Shown here: piece by piece, positions 11,880 to 25,180 of the stretch
Position numbering within the stretch: the stretch's first letter is position 1
Layout: every line of letters starts with the position of its first letter
Assembly: GCA_963663405.2 (NCBI GenBank)
Contig: CAXXSM010000106.1
Span: forward strand, 22,678-86,677
Length of the DNA stretch: 64,000 nucleotides
Origin: a bacterium
GTDB taxonomy: Bacteria > Hinthialibacterota > Hinthialibacteria > Hinthialibacterales > Hinthialibacteraceae
Direction of reading: 5' to 3'
The notes under the pieces: model-generated
What the model saw: only the letters and a program-made list of their open reading frames with translations
The model's database searches: none
What the model was told of the DNA's origin: nothing
Position numbers and translations under genes: made by a program

Positions 11880-12803
11880 ATGAAAACATCAAAAACAATT
11901 CAAGCAATATACGGTCTATTTTTTCTTACACTTATTTTAACGGCGACTCATACGCAAGCGCAAGTCTATCCTACGTCTGATCCACGTCCGGACGCGTTGT
12001 ATGGCGCGCCTCCTTCGCTTTTTGACACGTCAATGACAACCCTTATTCTATTTCGAAGCACGTATGAATCCCTACGGCAGTTGGTTCCTGAACCACTGGA
12101 AATACCAACGGATAATTTGGCTTGGGCTTATATGTTCGATCATCAGCTAACGGATTCATTTCGTTATTATGAGGGGGGAGTTACCATTCCAGTTACATTT
12201 CAAGATAAGAATGGCAATGTAAAAAGTGGATTATACGTTGCTTACATATATCTTGACACCCCGAATGTTATGGCGATTTCATGGGGACGGGAATTGTGGG
12301 GGTATCCGAAAAAAGACGCTTCCATAACATATGATTATTCAACTCCTCTCGTATCCGCCACCATGAATCGTAAAGATGTGAATATCATGGAACTATCCGT
12401 GAATTTGGAGCAGATGATAGACGGGCCTATGTATTCTCTCTCGCCTGATGTTTATAACTTGAAATATATCCCTTCGATCAAAGAAGGCGCGCCGCCGGAA
12501 GTATTGCAACTTACAATATCACCTGTATTTAGTGAGACAGAATTTCCTCTATTCGAAGCCAATTTGACATTTTCTTCTTCCAGTCAGGATCATCTTGGCG
12601 ATTACATTGTGATCGATGAAGTCATTGGTGGAGTATTCTTCGAGTATCCAAATCTAGTGCTTGAAAACGGCGATATCCTTTTTAACTATCTAACAGAGGA
12701 GATACCCAATGAAGGATATCAATTGGGACCTGATTTTAGATTGATGAAAAGTCAACAATCAGGTGTAGCAAACTGGCAAATGAATTACGAAAATAAAAAT
12801 TAG
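11880..12803 (+). CDS. acetoacetate decarboxylase family protein with signal peptide
   Basis: LRQLVPEPLE, YYEGGVTIPV, GRELWGYPKK (Schiff-base lysine motif), NLKYIPS; N-terminal signal peptide ending TQA-Q; tail SGVANWQMNY. Confidence 0.8.
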   Translation: MKTSKTIQAIYGLFFLTLILTATHTQAQVYPTSDPRPDALYGAPPSLFDTSMTTLILFRSTYESLRQLVPEPLEIPTDNLAWAYMFDHQLTDSFRYYEGGVTIPVTFQDKNGNVKSGLYVAYIYLDTPNVMAISWGRELWGYPKKDASITYDYSTPLVSATMNRKDVNIMELSVNLEQMIDGPMYSLSPDVYNLKYIPSIKEGAPPEVLQLTISPVFSETEFPLFEANLTFSSSSQDHLGDYIVIDEVIGGVFFEYPNLVLENGDILFNYLTEEIPNEGYQLGPDFRLMKSQQSGVANWQMNYENKN

Positions 12804-13070
12804 TTGATTCTTTACTATTAAGCATGGTTATAGCGGGGGAATTCTATGCCTTCTGCGTTGACTTAAGAACTTTCTCATTTTAATCATTGACTCTATCCGC
12901 GTCCTTATCCTAATTTAAGCTAATCTCAATATCGTGTAAATAATCTGAGTTCTTCGATAAGTTTTATTTCGGATCAACTTAACCAATGATTCAACGATTT
13001 AAATCTTATGGCCTATTGATTAAACTACTTTTTACTTAAAGGATTCATGTTCATACCATAGTAAAAAATA

Positions 13071-14084
13071 ATGGAGAATCAAATGATGAAGAACGCAACG
13101 CTGAATTGGCTACAAATTTTGTTTTTCACATTTTTCATCAGTTCCAATGCGTTTTCGCAAATCACAGCGGAACGGACAGTACCGGAACGTGGGTATTTCC
13201 CAGGCGTTTCTTTTCCAATAACACTGACTATCAATACTGTTGGATCGTCCAAGGCGACTCTCATTGAAAAACCGCCGGCGGGATGGGGAATTTGCAGACT
13301 TTCCAAACGGGGTGATGTTATTGATGGTGTAATAACGTGGGATCTGTCAACAAGAACTTATACAAATTATTCCATCACATACTTTGTTACGCCGCCGGAG
13401 ACTGCGAACGGTGATGGAACGTTTTCAGGAACAATGAATGAACAAGAAATTTCCGGCATGACCACCGTGAAACAGGGAACGCCGGAACCTCTGGGAATAT
13501 TCCAAAATCATGTGGATATTGGATTTGTGGATTATAGCGAAGCGATTTATGACAGTGAATCAAAAGAGTATAAAATCACAGTCGGCGAATCCCCCAGAAC
13601 ATTCGATAATGGTCATTTCATCTATCGCAAAATAGACGGAGATTTCTTGTTACAAGCGCATCTTCATGTAGAGAATGCTATTGAAGATTATGAAACCGTT
13701 GGACAATTGATGATTTGGGACAGCCTGGTCATAAACAACACTTATGCAGCCATGATTGAAAATAAACCCAATGGTGACTGCTATAGCGCTTGGGGCGAGA
13801 TGACAGATTCAGGGGTTATTAGTCACGGTATTGGAGGCCCACGAGCATTGGCAAATAATTATGATGGAAGGTTGCGGATGGAGCGGAATGGCGATGTTCT
13901 CAGGACATACTACTTTGATACCCAGATCCAAGACTGGGGACTCGCGCTAGACGAACCCTTTTCTTTTAGTGATCCAGTTTATATTGGCTTTTTTGCGATG
14001 TCCTGGAATGGAGAAACGATATGCGCTTTTCAAAATGTGGAATTGACAACCCAATCATCGGTAAGCGAGTGGGAACTGTATTGA
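13071..14084 (+). CDS. secreted protein with Ig-like and ConA-like domains and C-terminal SSVSEWELY tail
   Basis: Signal peptide ending AFS-Q; EKPPAGW Ig-like module; LGIFQNHVDIG...GRLRMERNG...DPVYIGF beta-sandwich. Confidence 0.75.
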   Translation: MENQMMKNATLNWLQILFFTFFISSNAFSQITAERTVPERGYFPGVSFPITLTINTVGSSKATLIEKPPAGWGICRLSKRGDVIDGVITWDLSTRTYTNYSITYFVTPPETANGDGTFSGTMNEQEISGMTTVKQGTPEPLGIFQNHVDIGFVDYSEAIYDSESKEYKITVGESPRTFDNGHFIYRKIDGDFLLQAHLHVENAIEDYETVGQLMIWDSLVINNTYAAMIENKPNGDCYSAWGEMTDSGVISHGIGGPRALANNYDGRLRMERNGDVLRTYYFDTQIQDWGLALDEPFSFSDPVYIGFFAMSWNGETICAFQNVELTTQSSVSEWELY

Positions 14085-14497
14085 ATCTTGAGAAATCAAA
14101 GATTAAATCCCGACTCACTTAATGTACATTATGATCATTATTTAAGGTTGTTTTTTTTTAAAAGTGTATCAGGATAGGCACATGAATTGGTATGATTAAG
14201 ATGATCATTTTGCAAAGCATGATGAGATTTATTCGCCTCCCAAGACAGGCTGGAGTTTGAGGGGATCGAGAACCAATAGGACAATCCCATTCTTACTCTT
14301 TGTAGCCCGGCGTAAGCGCCGATACTTGCTTTTACTACCCACTCGTTTTTTTTATAAAATTATTGATATTTTATTAGTTACATACTCACTTACCTGTTGT
14401 ACATTAAACACACACAGAATGTAAACGGCGATCGAAGCGTTTGATGGAAGACGCATAAACTATTATTACATATTGTGTTTCATATAGTGATATTTTC

Positions 14498-14810
14498 TTC
14501 AAATTCTGTGACATAAAACCATCTTTCTAAGGGAATCTACCTAGGGGTTTTCCCTGATCCTTTCAACGGTATTCTAAGGTCATTCCCTTACTCAAAAATC
14601 AGTGTTTTTCCTAATATTAAAAAGATATTTTTTGGACTATTGTACATCCAGGTCCGATCGAGAATGGAAGCGTCACGAGGAAAAAAAATATTATTGGTTG
14701 ACGATCATGTGCCGGTTAGAGAAGCCTTCCGAAAATACTATAAAGTACTTTTGGGTGTAAGAAATCTTTTACGTTAAGAACAAAGACAATGCTGTTCAAA
14801 TAGAAATTTA
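14498..14810 (+). repeat. degenerate duplicate of the 11039-11340 promoter and response-regulator 5' end
   Basis: Collinear similarity including operator taagggaatctacctaggggttttccctga and aaaatattattggttgacgatcatg; start codon lost (acg). Confidence 0.85.
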
Positions 14811-14833
14811 TAAAATAATAGGAGGAGATTAAT

Positions 14834-17201
14834 ATGTATCGTTCATGTTTTTCTTATCAGCTTTACTGTCTTTTAATCTGTACGCATTTGTTACTTTGCA
14901 TCAATCGATCGATGGGGGAAGAAGTGTCTGCGGAAACATGCACATTCAGAGCACAATCGGTAGATCCTGATAATGTAATATGGTCCTATGATTTTTCCAA
15001 TCCGGATCCCAGCGCGGATGGAATCTTAATTACTTCACCTGGATTTCCATTAGGAATATTTTTTTCAAATCAGAATGTTCCCAGTGATCCCATCAATCTA
15101 TTATCGGACGGCAAAACAGGAGCAATCACCGTCTCGAAGGGAGAAGGAGTATGCTTATTCTTCCCAGCGCAACCTGTTAATGAAGGAGGCGCGATTGTTC
15201 GTGTATCTATCCGGGCGAATGGTCCAGACGCAAATGTTTGCCTGGCGGCCATGGATACAAATCAACAGGATGGGCTTGGTGGAGTAGATGGATCGCTAGC
15301 AGGGCGTTTCCCCGCTAACACGGAAGCCTACCAAGATTGTTGGCGCCGGTTGGCTGTCTATATCGATTCGAACAAGAACGGGATTGTTCCCATTCTTCAA
15401 GTGGTCTCAGCCGGGAATGAATCTACAACCGTTTATATTGATAATTTTGAAGTGATCGCTCCAGGCCAGGATACAATCAATGAGATCAGTGATATTGGCC
15501 AATCGACTCTCGAACCGTCTTCGATTTCTCTTTCTATCCCTTTATCCGATGTTCCCTGGGAATTCCGACGTCGCGCTATGCAGCTCTTGGTCGATATGAA
15601 TTCCAGCGAAATGGCGTTGGGCTGGGATGAAAGCGTACAATTACATGATCAAGTAGTATCTTTTTTACCAACCCGGAATTGATGGAATCGCATATTATGA
15701 ATTTTGTGTAGAACCAATTGGGAGCATTTTATTGTCGACTGGTCCCCACGATTATCCAATACCAGATTGGGATGGAAACAGCAGAATTCCGATGGGTAAT
15801 TTGTTAATCGAGCAAGCGTTTGAAAACGGGGATATTGTAAAACGTTTATATAAATTGGACGCGTTTTGCTATGTGGCTGAAAATGAGAATGGTGAGATCG
15901 TTGGGCAAATTGGGGAACTGCCTCCAAAGATATCAGGCTTGAATTTGGAGTGGCTTGATTATCAAGATGTCGGAGTCGGCGAAACTAACATTTGGCCTGT
16001 GGAAATTACAGAAAACGACGAGACGCTTCCGAGTGAGTATGTCCTGGAAGGAACAGAAACGCAATGGCCTCCCGTTTGGTGGTCCACTTGGGATTCATGG
16101 TACGATTTAAAGTCAAACTATCAAAACAGCTATCAGGTTTTATTAGAAAAACGGCGCCGTAACGCGGTGAAAGAATGGCGGATTGATGATTATGTCAAAG
16201 AAAGTGGAGAAGGATTAGTCGTTGACCAAGCTTTCAAGTTGTCTTTATTGTATCCAGATTCTTTTTACACCGTGGAAGGGGATGGCTCACAATACTGTGA
16301 ATTCTCAATGATCAATAATGGTAAACAGACTTTGGCTTTGGTGATCGTTCCACAAAGTATCCCACCTCAAGAATCCAATTCATTTACTGTGAACATTAAT
16401 CATTCAAATGGTGTGAATGAATCCTTTAAATTCTTCATTGTGGATGAAAATATAGTTGCAAATCAAGAACAGGAAGAAGAACTTCGTGTACAACAAAGCG
16501 CCCAAAAAACTTCTCTTCAATCAGTAAGTCCAAAAGGATATGGAAGTTGGAGTAACTGGACATATTATTGGGCGGGAACTCATGACGACCAACGCCTCTA
16601 TGGGCAATTTAAAGTAAATGGATGTTGGTCAGGATGTGGCGCGACGGCTTGGGCCATGCTTTTTTGCTGGGCGGATCATCAGGCATGGATCGGCAATTCC
16701 TATTGGGCTCCACGATGGGGACTCTATCTCGTGAATGGAGGAAAGTTTCCGAATGCGGATGCAGACGCTCCAAAATATCAGGATACGAGTGTCAATAAGA
16801 TCATACTCGAGATTCGAGACTATATAGACACATTCTGTATTAGTGATAGTGGCGCTACTTGGCCTTGGAACATGAGCGACGCTTACAAATATTTTAATAA
16901 TCGTACAGGGACAAAATTGTCTACACATTTTAGCTACTTCGGTTTTTCTGATGACAGTTATCGAAATTACGCGATAAAGTCGATCCGTGATCGCAATACA
17001 CCGGCTATTATTGGGATCGGCTGGCTGGAACACTATCCTCTCGCGTATGGATATAAATGGAGAAAACGTTATTACTATATCCTTGGTTATCAATTGTGGA
17101 GTTCCTATAACCGTGATTTTTATGTAAATCAAGGGTGGTATGGAAGTGGAAATGGATGGGTCACAGCTGATACATGGTTCGCTGGAGAAATATATCCATA
17201 A
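14834..17201 (+). CDS. secreted papain-fold cysteine peptidase (C10/streptopain-like) with N-terminal jelly-roll domain (frameshifted near 15680)
   Basis: SGCGATAWAML (catalytic Cys), EHYPLAYGY (His), FYVNQGWYGSGNGW; RBS aggagga; signal peptide. Confidence 0.7.
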
Positions 17202-17244
17202 TAGTTGTGATAAAATTGATATACGAATAAGGAGATTAAAAAAA

Positions 17245-20200
17245 ATGAATATTAATCACCGCAATAATAAATTTTCAATACATATTATTATATGGATTTC
17301 ATTAGTATTTCTTGTAACTATTTTCGTGAATTCATACGCCTTCACGATGGAAACCATTTCTGATAAAAATCAGAATGGTTCGTTTTCGTTTAATGATATA
17401 AATTCTACTCCGGAATTTATTATAGGAGGAGGATCGTATAACGTAGAGGCAGGCTCAACATTCAATACGCCTATCCAAGTCACAAATCTTCCCAATACCA
17501 GTGCAATAAATTTTGAAGTTGAATATGATCCCAAACCTGTTAACCTGGGAAAAAATAATTACGACTGATACCCTATTGGCGCCTTTGCAAATTGTCGCAG
17601 ATCCACCGGTAAGTGGCTCTAGCAATAGACATTTGATAACGGCAAGTGGACTACTCACTTCTACGAGTGGAAGTGGAACACTTGTCTATATTACCTTTTC
17701 GATCAACAAAGACGCGCCTGATGGAGCATCCACACAACTCACTTTTCACAATTTAAAGAATGTATTAGCCGATGCGGAACCAACGCCAGTTGTTTTCCAG
17801 ATTGAACGATCCACTCCATTGGAACCAACAATTACACCAACTCCAGAGTCTACCAATACTCCTCCACCAACGGAGATTCACACACCAACTCCATTTCCTA
17901 CTCTACCTTCGCCAACACAATCCGATTTAGGAATTTTTGATGGAAATGTTGATATAAACAATGGATTTTTAGGCGCATCGGGCAGCGCGTCTTTTGATGG
18001 TATGACATACACTGTCAATGGAAGTGGAAATGATGTCTGGGAAACAGCGGACGCCTGCCATTATCTTTATAAAGAAATGAGTGGTGACTTTGTCATAACA
18101 GCTGATGTAACGATAAGTGGAGGCGATCCTTTGCAAGAGTGGATTAAAGCGATGATGATGGCTAGACAGGATCTGACACCGGGATCGATATATATCTCCA
18201 CGCGGGTACGAAGAGACGGTGAATACAGTACGCAATGGAGGCAAGTCGCTGATTCAGAATCCGGATCCACGGATATAAGTTTGCGAGGCGCCGGACAAAA
18301 TCCTGGCCGTTTGCGATTTGTCAAGCAAGGTAATCAATTTTCTACCATATACATCGATTCCAACGGGAAAGAAGTTATAGTGGACACAAACACGTTAGAA
18401 CTCACCGATCCATACTATCTTGGATTCGCCGTGACTTCCCATGAGACTGGAGCGCTCGCTACTGGAACCTTTAGCAATGTAGTACTGAAAGAACCGACTA
18501 CAGAAGACAAAATCACTATTTTACAAGAAAATTTTGAAGATGAAAAACTTGATTCCCGTATGTCAGTGATCACACTTGGTGAATATGAATCCAACAGCAA
18601 TCCAGGTATTAAAAATATACAAAACTTTGGCAGCCAGAAAGCCTTTGGATTTGGATTATCAACATGTGGCGCTGACTGCTGGGGTAAACATATCACAGCA
18701 CTCAAAATAATATTTCCCACACCCGCAACCATTTCTGAGGTACATTTCAAGGAAATGGAATTGTATGGTAATTTCGGATCGAAAGGATTAATCTATATTG
18801 ACGGAACCGAGTTGCCGAATAGCGAATTCGGCCGACTCCCCTATAATGATAATGTTTCTGACACTGAGTATCGTAATCATGAATTCATCATAAATAATAC
18901 TGTGAGCGTAATTGAATTTAAAGTAGATGATATCACATTTGCCAGTGAAATCGTTATTGATGATCTGATGATCTATGGAGAAACGATACTTGATAATCTT
19001 GTTGACGTATCCCGTTCTTTTACACCTGCCGAATACACATCAGGAGATCCATGCAAAGTAAAACTGTCTATTTCAATTGAATCGGGAACGACTCTTGAAG
19101 GATTGACAATCGAAGAGATGATTCCAGCAGGGATCGAGCCAACACAAATTAGTCACGGTGGAAATTATATCTCCTCGGAAAGAATTATTCGTTGGTTTTT
19201 CCTTGATGATATGACGAACGCTACAGTAGAATATACAGTAGTAACCTCTTTTGGATATGAGGGATCTTATACAATTAATGGAAATGCAAAATTTATCATT
19301 GATGGCGCGCATAAAGAAATATCTATTGGAGGTCAAAATGTACTTTTCCACGCTGATTCGACACATCCTATCGATACCAACAACGATTTTGTAATATCTA
19401 CAGAAGAATTGCTTTCTGGCGCGTCAAGTTGGAAACAGGGCAATCCCTCCCCGAGTACAGATGAACTTCTTTCCGCTGCAATGATATGGAAAAACGGAGG
19501 AGAATACACCGTTGACCAGAATGGAAAATACGTTACCAGTGATTCCGTCTCCGGGAAGGTTCTCACTAGAGAGATTGTGCGTCCACTTCAATCCAGTGTC
19601 CAAGCGGTACGATCCTTGCCATCGATCTTTGCTTCAGGGACTGCATCCAAAGTAACGATTTCACTCTCCACTACTGGAGATGTGGACGCTTTGACGGTGG
19701 AGGAGACAGTGCCGCCAGGTTGGTTGGTGAGTGAGATAAGTACAGAAGGTAGTTACATCCCGTCTACTAATACAATTCGTTGGTTCCTTCTTTCTGGATT
19801 TAATACTGATCTATCGTATAGAATCACTCCAAGTACCGCATTACAGACCGATTTCAATGGATCCTTGAAATGGATATCCGGGAGTTCACAAAATGATGCA
19901 ATTATTCAGGGAGACACCACCGCTTCGTTTGACACTGATGGTACAATATATACTCCAACTCCAACACCAACTCAAACACCTACACAAGAATCGTATGTTT
20001 TTATCTATGACAATCCCGATGATATGACATATGATATCACAGGTGAAACAGACTTTGACACATTAGATAATCGCAATCTTACGATTCATTGCACTGGGGA
20101 TCAAACTGGAGCGGTCGACTGGCATTTTTACGTACGGCGTGGCTTTGGAGGTATGAAATACCTAGGTCGATCGGGGAATGGCGGAAATCCAACCTTTAAT

Positions 20201-20785
20201 TGGTATGAAGGTACGAGTTCGGTTTTGGTCTCTGAATTTGCTAATGGACCTGATGTGAATTCGATTTATACGTTCAAGATCGTAAGAATTGATGATTCTC
20301 TGGGGCCAGACGATTTTTATAGGATGATTGCGCCTGTAGGATTCAATGTGGAGGGGGGGAACGCTTTAGTCTTGTCACAACCAGCGATGCCCAATCTTGA
20401 TCCAGGACAAGTCTGGATATGCGACGATATCCTTGGTCTTAAGAACTTAGTTCCAATGGATGGAACTGGGAACGATGTGGATCCATCAAATTGGCGTGCG
20501 ATCCAGATCGCTTGGAATTTCGATGTGGATCCGTCTACGGTAAACGGCTATCAAGTTTACGTCAGCGTAGATGGAGCAAAGGAAGAATTTATGGGACTTA
20601 CAATGAGTGGCGCCATTAATTATTTCTGGTGGACACCGACAACCGAATTCACGACAATGTCAAATTACATTGACGGTCCACAAAGTGGACATAGTTACCA
20701 ATTTACAATCTACTTAATGCCCCTAGAAGATGGTGTAATCCAAAGTATGACCAGTGGAACCTTGTTTTATTCAGTAGAAGATTAA
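17245..20785 (+). CDS. large secreted multidomain protein: cohesin-like, Pro/Thr linker, ConA-like, Ig-like x2, EF-hand/dockerin-like, C-terminal repeats (frameshift near 17535)
   Basis: AINFEVEYDP / GSGTLVYITFSINKDAPDG cohesin-like signature; TPTP linkers; GSGNDVWETAD...LYKEMSGDF; DTNNDFVISTEELL. Confidence 0.75.
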
Positions 20786-20817
20786 TACAGAATCATGTAA
20801 CCGAAAAGGAGATTCCA

Positions 20818-23800
20818 ATGATTAAATTATATATCCCTACCTTCATAGTAATTATTATACTAGTTAGTTTAGTAAACCATGCTTTGACAGAAGAGATGGA
20901 GACATCAATTTGGACATATGAATTTTCAAATAGTGATCCGACATCAGATAATATTATTGTAACGGCGCCTGGAATTGAAATGGGTCAATTTCAATCCGGT
21001 ATTTCAATCCCTAGCGATGGGGAAACATCTTTGACCGATGGAATAGGCGCACAGATTACCGTAACAAAAGATCAAGGCGTAATACTGTTCTTTCCAGCGC
21101 AAAATACAGATCCGTCAGGAGCGATTGTGCGTCTATCCGTCTATGCGTCAGGTCCCGGCGCACAACTCGCATTAGCGGCAATGGATGCGGATCGAACGTT
21201 GGGATTACAGAGCATTGATGGTTCCATGGCCGCCAGAATCATATCAAACAGTGATAATCTTCAGAATAAATGGCATCAGTTATCCATTTTTCTTGATCCA
21301 TATCAAAATGGCATAGTTCCAATTGTTCAATTTTTATCTTCTGCGAATGATGATGTTTTTATATACATTGATAATCTTGAAATTATAAATCCTTCAAATA
21401 ATGTAACAGATGAATTGTATGATAAAGGGAATACGATATATAAAACCACGTCTATTCAAAAGCCTGGTGATATTACTTCTTCAAATTTTGATAGAGGACT
21501 TTCAGAAAATTGGAAATTAAATGAAGGTTCAACATTATATCAAAGTAAATATTCTGGCTTTATAAAAATGAATGGAACGTCTCAAGCAAATTGGGATGTG
21601 ATATGCTCCGGTAATGTCAGACTTGATTTTCAATACGCATTTGATTCGGGCACAGCATCAGTCAAATTTAAAGAATCAATTACTTCGTTAGGAGTCACAT
21701 CATACCTTTTACGTATTGAACCTAAAATGATTCAACTTTTTCATGAGAATGATGACAATTTCAGACTATTGAAATCCGCAGATATTAATTTAAGTACGAA
21801 GAATTGGCATGATATTAGTATTTGGATTGAAAATATACGTATTTTAGTCATCTTAAATGGTAAAATTATAATGGATGTAAAAGATGAAGATAGTGCCATT
21901 CAATCTGGTTCGATTTCATTTGAAACAAAGAACGCCGAGAACATATTAATAGATAATGTAACTCTCTATTCTATACCAGAGGATTATATTTCAAGATATT
22001 TTGATTCATTGCGTGATACAAATATGAACATATACGATAAATTGTATATTGAAGAACCATGGATTGTTGATATTGGTGAATTAATTAAAACATCTATAGT
22101 TCCTTTAAAAATCGTTACCCATATTCGTAATGAAGTTAAATATCCAATTATTGATCCGGGTAACATTCCACCAAATTTTTCACATTCATGGATGGTGGAT
22201 ATAATGAATTTGAATTCATTTAAATTGTATTTTTATCCTGATGAAATACAATTAGATTGGCAATCCGGGGATCGGTTAATCTTATTGGATGAGCGTAAAG
22301 ATAACAGTTTAATTATAAATTCCTTAGAGGAATTAGAAAATTCTATTTTCACTGTAAGTAGTAATGATTTTAATATTCAAAAATCTATTTTAATTGATGA
22401 GAATGATGAGGTTCTTGAAACTGGACCATATGCGCGTTTTTATATGATATTAGAAACATCCGAAAAGAGAGTGGATAGAAGTCTAAAGATACGCGGATTA
22501 TTGAATACGAATACAAATAAGGGATATGAAGAAGCAATATTAGTTGGTGATGATTTGAATTATTTCGTGTCTTCATATCCTAATGATATTGATACAGAAG
22601 AAGACTTAACGAATTTGCAAACATATGAATACTTTTTTGTAACATATGATCCTACAACTAATAAATACAAAAGAATTATACAGCCTTGGGATCCACAAAA
22701 TGAACGACCTGCGCTTCCCGATAATAATAAATTGAATGATACACCTCAATTCCCAAAATGCTTAAGTATTAACCCTCAACATGATGACGGTTGGTATCTA
22801 TTAGGAAAAACCATTTACAATGATCCAGAAGAGGAAGACGCGTCTTCTCTGATTTATAGCATTGCATATTATAACGAACAAACAAGTAAACTCAGAGTCT
22901 ATTTATTCAATAGATCATATTACCAGGATTTAAATCAAAATGGTATTTTAGTATACTTATCATTACTTGGACATACAGACGATGGGGAATCCTCTTCATT
23001 TGATAGTACATCCTCGAGTTCTAATACAATACTTACAAATTTGAAAGGCGCATTTTTTAATTTCGATCCACGGCCAACCAATTGGAATCATGTCAAAATA
23101 TATTTACCTTATTTTCCCTCTGGAAAATGGGTATTTGTAGAAGTCCCGGTTTTCTATCCAATGGCAAAAAATTATCCTATTGATTTGTCCAAATCAGAAA
23201 ACATAAATATATTGAAATCTGATCCTCTGTATGCGTCAAACATAACCGATACGACTTCATTTTATCAACCGATATATGAAAATAAATACATTGATAGCAT
23301 AAAAGAAGCGAAGAGAAATGTTTTATTGCGCGTAATCGTTCAAGGATATAGAAAAACTGATATAAACGCTACATTTGAGGCTTGGGGGCAAGCAATTGAC
23401 ATGGCGGCTGGTGGAACCAGTCTATTCAAAACTGCAACGGAAATCGCTCAAGACACCCTATCCTATTTTAAATCAGGAGCAAACGCCTGGGAGTATGCGC
23501 ATAATTACGAAAAACGAAAAGAGGATTTTGGTGATACGATCGCTGGATTTATGTTTGACTGTACGAAACTGCCGAAAAGCATCTGGGGCGCAGGAATTTC
23601 TATCGTTGGTTTGGGTTTAAATATATACGATAAGATTTTTGGATATTCAAACACTCCATTGGCATTAGAAATATCCCTTAATGGGAACATTCAGGGAAGT
23701 GGTGTAGAAAAACTTGGATATTTGGAACATCGGTATTACCTACCAGGACGTTTTTCAATCATTGACGCAATTTTCGGGGAAGGTTGGAAGTTTAATTCTT

Positions 23801-25180
23801 ATGAACGAGAAAGAAATGAACGATATTTTTCTTTTTATGATCGAACCATAGGTCATTTTGGATATCGTTACGATCCTTCTTCGATCCATATGAATGTATT
23901 GCGATATGATTATAAGGGGGATCCAGGAGTCATATCTATATTTGATTCAGGGATGTGGAAGGAAGAAATAACTGATATTTTAATACCTGCAAATGAAAAT
24001 ATTTCAGATAATATTACTACAGATGAGTTACAAATAAACGCCATGCCGCCGAAAATAGAAAAATTATTACCTGTCATTTACAATCAATATACGGATATTA
24101 TTCCTATGATACCAACAGAATACAAAAAAGTGAATGCAATTCCTGCTGACTTAACAACCGCATACGAATCTTGGAAAAACGAAAAAGAATTAATTAATTA
24201 TAATACAATCTATGACACAAAAGTATATGATAGTTTTTTAGAAATGTTACATATATATGGATTGTTTAAAAGCAAATGAAAGAAATCAAGATTTTTATGT
24301 TTTGGAAAAATTATGGATGGATTGGAAAACCGAGATACATAAAATGTGGCAAGAACAATATGGAGGAAATATGGTACAGACTTTACCAACATTAGATACA
24401 ATTCATGAATATATTTCAATTATACATTATTTAGACAATAATCAATATTTATTCATACCTACTGTGGATTTGCCGGATAAAACATATAATAAAATGTGGT
24501 ATCAATATAAATATATGAATGGTATATCACGTCACTTAATTGAATACCCACCTTTTCGATCTTATCAATGGAAACATGAATGTTCATTTGAAAAACATAT
24601 TGTTTCAAAAGAGATTGGAACTGTATTTAATGATTATCCTTTTTGGGATAATGCAACGAGTATCTACTTGAAAGTATTTGTGGATATAGCTGACGATAAT
24701 CAAAAAAAATCACAATTAAAAGAAGTAATGGAATCGTTATATCCTCAAGATTATGATTCGATGTTTGAAAGAGAAGGAATATGGTTTGATGTGGAGCCAA
24801 AATATGTTCCACAAACGCTGGAAAATTGGGAAGAAGTAGATAATATCGATCTACATACATGGCAGCATTATAGATTTACGCAAGGGGCGGAATTTTGGGG
24901 ACATTCATTCACATTAGATGATCTTCCAGATAATCCATTTCCAATCACAGATATCATATACTGCTGGGATGTCCCATATTACTATTATGGATTAACACGT
25001 CCTAAAATTAAAGGTAAGACTCCTGTATATTTTTATGTTACTACAATGAAATCTCCAATTACAATCAATGTCTCAAGAATCGTAATTGATGGCAAAAATA
25101 TGAATTTAAGATTTACAGACAGAGCAATGAAAAGTAAAATATTGTGGGAACAAGAAGATGAATTAATATGGAAAAATTAA
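20818..25180 (+). CDS. very large secreted protein: jelly-roll N-domain, DUF1080-like domain, AT-rich uncharacterised C-terminal region (frameshift near 24270)
   Basis: Signal peptide; N-domain paralogous to the 14834 protein; WHDISIWIENIRILVILNGK...SGSISF; ORFs 20818-24279 and 24257-25180 overlap in adjacent frames. Confidence 0.7.

Noticed and set aside
17820-17920. DNA tandem repeats in acacca-rich stretches (also ~19950, ~47620, ~49320)
   Set aside because: They encode ordinary Pro/Thr-rich interdomain linkers
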